Assembly (NCBI GenBank): GCA_036172245.1
Contig: JAYWIR010000038.1
Location: forward strand, 1,860,001-1,924,000
Origin: Raillietiella orientalis
Taxonomy: Eukaryota
Length of the DNA: 64,000 bases
Reading direction: 5' to 3'
The translations under genes and the position numbers were made by a program. The notes below the pieces were generated by a model that was given only the letters and a program-made list of their open reading frames with translations, did not search any database and was not told where the DNA came from. Each line of letters starts with the position of its first letter. The first letter of the stretch is position 1. Positions 61,960 through 64,000 of this stretch are shown piece after piece.

Positions 61960-62790
61960 GTTCGCTCAAGAGCCGTTCGCGTGCCTCGCGGCGCACGTGG
62001 CTCTTTAACACTGTTCCACGCCACCCGCGGAGGGTGCGTGTTCTTCAAGATAGGGGGGCACCTCGGAAGGGGGTCCGCCCTATGAATCCAGAAAGGCTCG
62101 GAGTCCCTTATTCTCACGTTTGGGGAGGGGGGGATCGCACCTCCCATCCTGGTTGTCTCCGAAGGGGAACCCCGAAGGGAATCTCCTTCCTCATTCTCTC
62201 CGGAGGGACACCCCCCTGATGGGGGGTGGTCCTCTCCATTTCAATTTCTCCGAAGGGAACCCGGAAAGGATCCGCTAGCAGGAATTTCTTCTCCGGAGGG
62301 AACCCGCAAGAGAACCGCTCCTGTTTACCCCTCTGAAGAGAACCCCGAAGGGGCGCTTCTGAAACTCAGAAGGGGCTCTGCAGCTCCCCGCAGGGAATCG
62401 CTCTCGCTTGCTTCCTTGCACTCTTCTGGAGAGCCGACGACTCGGAGGGTCCCCCTGCAACAGGGGGGTCCGCTCCTTTGAACAACTGGAGAGGTTCCTT
62501 TGAGGGCTCCTGCTCCATCTTGAAACCGGAGGGATCCCCCCGGTGAGGGGGGTCCGCTCTCCGTTGCACGACCGGAGGGGGAACTCCCACTCCTTGATTC
62601 CTGGAAGGACCCGAAGGTCGTCTCCCATTGTTCCGGCCTTCATCGGGGCCCTCCGGCTTAATCCACCGCCGGTGCCACTCCCGAATGATTAGCCAGCCAG
62701 CGCTATCTTGCAGGAGAAACTCGGAACCCAAACGACGCAGTGGCGTCACAGTTTCTGCTGGAGTGTTCGAACCCGCATGAGCCACGCGCG
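61960..62790 (-). mobile_element. tRNA-headed SINE-like element with internally expanded body
   Basis: gttcgaacccgc at ~62765; shared ccgccctatgaatccag, ctctgaagagaaccccgaagg and ttgattcctggaaggaccc blocks; internal ctccg(g)a(a)gggaaccc sub-repeats. Confidence 0.75.
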
Positions 62791-64000
62791 GAGGAAGCCT
62801 TAACCACAAAGCTTCTGACGCGGGCAAGTCTTTGAACAAGTCTTTGCCATTCTTGCCGAAGCGTGATGCTATCGAGAAGACGCTGAGAAGTGCTCACGGC
62901 TCTCTGTTATGATGACCCGAGACGAAACGCAGAATCGGAGCGAAAACACAGAGGCAGACTTCAACCGAGCACCGGCTGCCGAAAATCTGTCTACCTGCTC
63001 ATCGGCAACGGTCCGGACGGTTTCAGCGTTTCTACCTCGACCGTGTCTCTCGTGTCATACCGCTGTTTCAAAGTTTTCAGGTCACAGAAAGTTTGCGGAA
63101 CCCTTTTTGGATACTGACCTTTGCCCTGGTAACCCAAGCCAGAACGAAGGGGATTCCTCTTGATTCCAGCAGCGAACCTCGAGGGACTCCCAGAAAACTC
63201 AGAAGAACCTGAAAGAACAATTCTTCAACCAAAAAAAAAAGGAGAGAGGGAGGGAGAGAGAGAGAGAACGCACGTCTTGCGTCCCGGAGATTTGTTTCAA
63301 CAGCCCCTGCAAGAGGCTCCCCAATTTCTTGAGATCCAAACACACAGTAAGCAGACCAAGAAAACAGCCTAAAACTCGCGATACACTTGATCTCACTGAA
63401 GCTGCCCCTAAATCCTGGCTTCGTAGAGAGGGAAGCAAAAAGAATGCCGCGAACGCTGACAGTTCCTGGATTTCCCTCCCCCCTGCTCTGGCGGGAAAAA
63501 AAAAAAGGGATCATTCGTTAGTTCCTGAGCTGTGGAGAATCAAATCGCTAGCAGCATGACACACCCACTTTCAAGACACCCTCATTACCCGTTTCCTAAC
63601 GTGCTCCGTTGCTAGGAGATAATCAGTTGCTGCTTAATCTAAGAAATTCCCTGGTGCGCATTCGACTCAACTTTTTCTCAGGAAAAGGGTATCAGGAACA
63701 AAGAGACGTCGTTGCAACGTATTTCGCTATGTATCAAAGCGTTCCGTGTCAAAGTTCATTGCTTCAGTTATATCTCACGTCTTCCTCTGTGAGCCTTCCT
63801 GAGACAGCCCCACCGATAGCTGACGTCTCCTTCGAGCAGCCACGTTTGCGTTCTCTCTGTTCGTGACTTTCGGGATGACAGCGTGATCGATACTCTGCGA
63901 CGAAGCAGTTGTGTTTGGTAGTGAGGGAAACCCAGGCTCTGGGAACTCATTCCAGGAAGTGGGCAACGTAATGGCATGCTTCTCTCTCGCTACCATGCGC

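Noticed and set aside
1..64000. Prokaryotic operon, defence system or viral genes
   Set aside because: Coding density is low, genes are spliced, and no long intact ORF with phage, viral or bacterial signatures was seen.

Overview
Eukaryotic, intron-containing DNA, most likely arthropod (inferred from a Tramtrack-type BTB domain). Three spliced gene models can be built with consistent GT-AG sites and reading phases. Two are copies of a BTB + C2H2 zinc-finger + AT-hook gene on the + strand: a 5'-truncated copy at 284-1797 and a complete 520-aa copy at 21572-24008. The third is a 5'-incomplete atypical synaptotagmin on the - strand (28533-40699). The rest is decayed transposon material (piggyBac, hAT, Harbinger, mariner, pogo-like, Utopia/NeSL, L1/Tx1-like, CR1/L2-like) plus a dispersed tRNA-headed SINE-like family. 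Two features stand out. First, a >=4.88 kb segment is repeated 22.2 kb apart with only about six differences visible by eye, then drops abruptly into still-colinear but highly diverged sequence. Second, a strong strand compositional skew (A+C-rich left, G+T-rich right) flips just upstream of the BTB-ZF gene and overwrites old transposons regardless of their orientation. All TE calls are by-eye motif recognition, not database searches.
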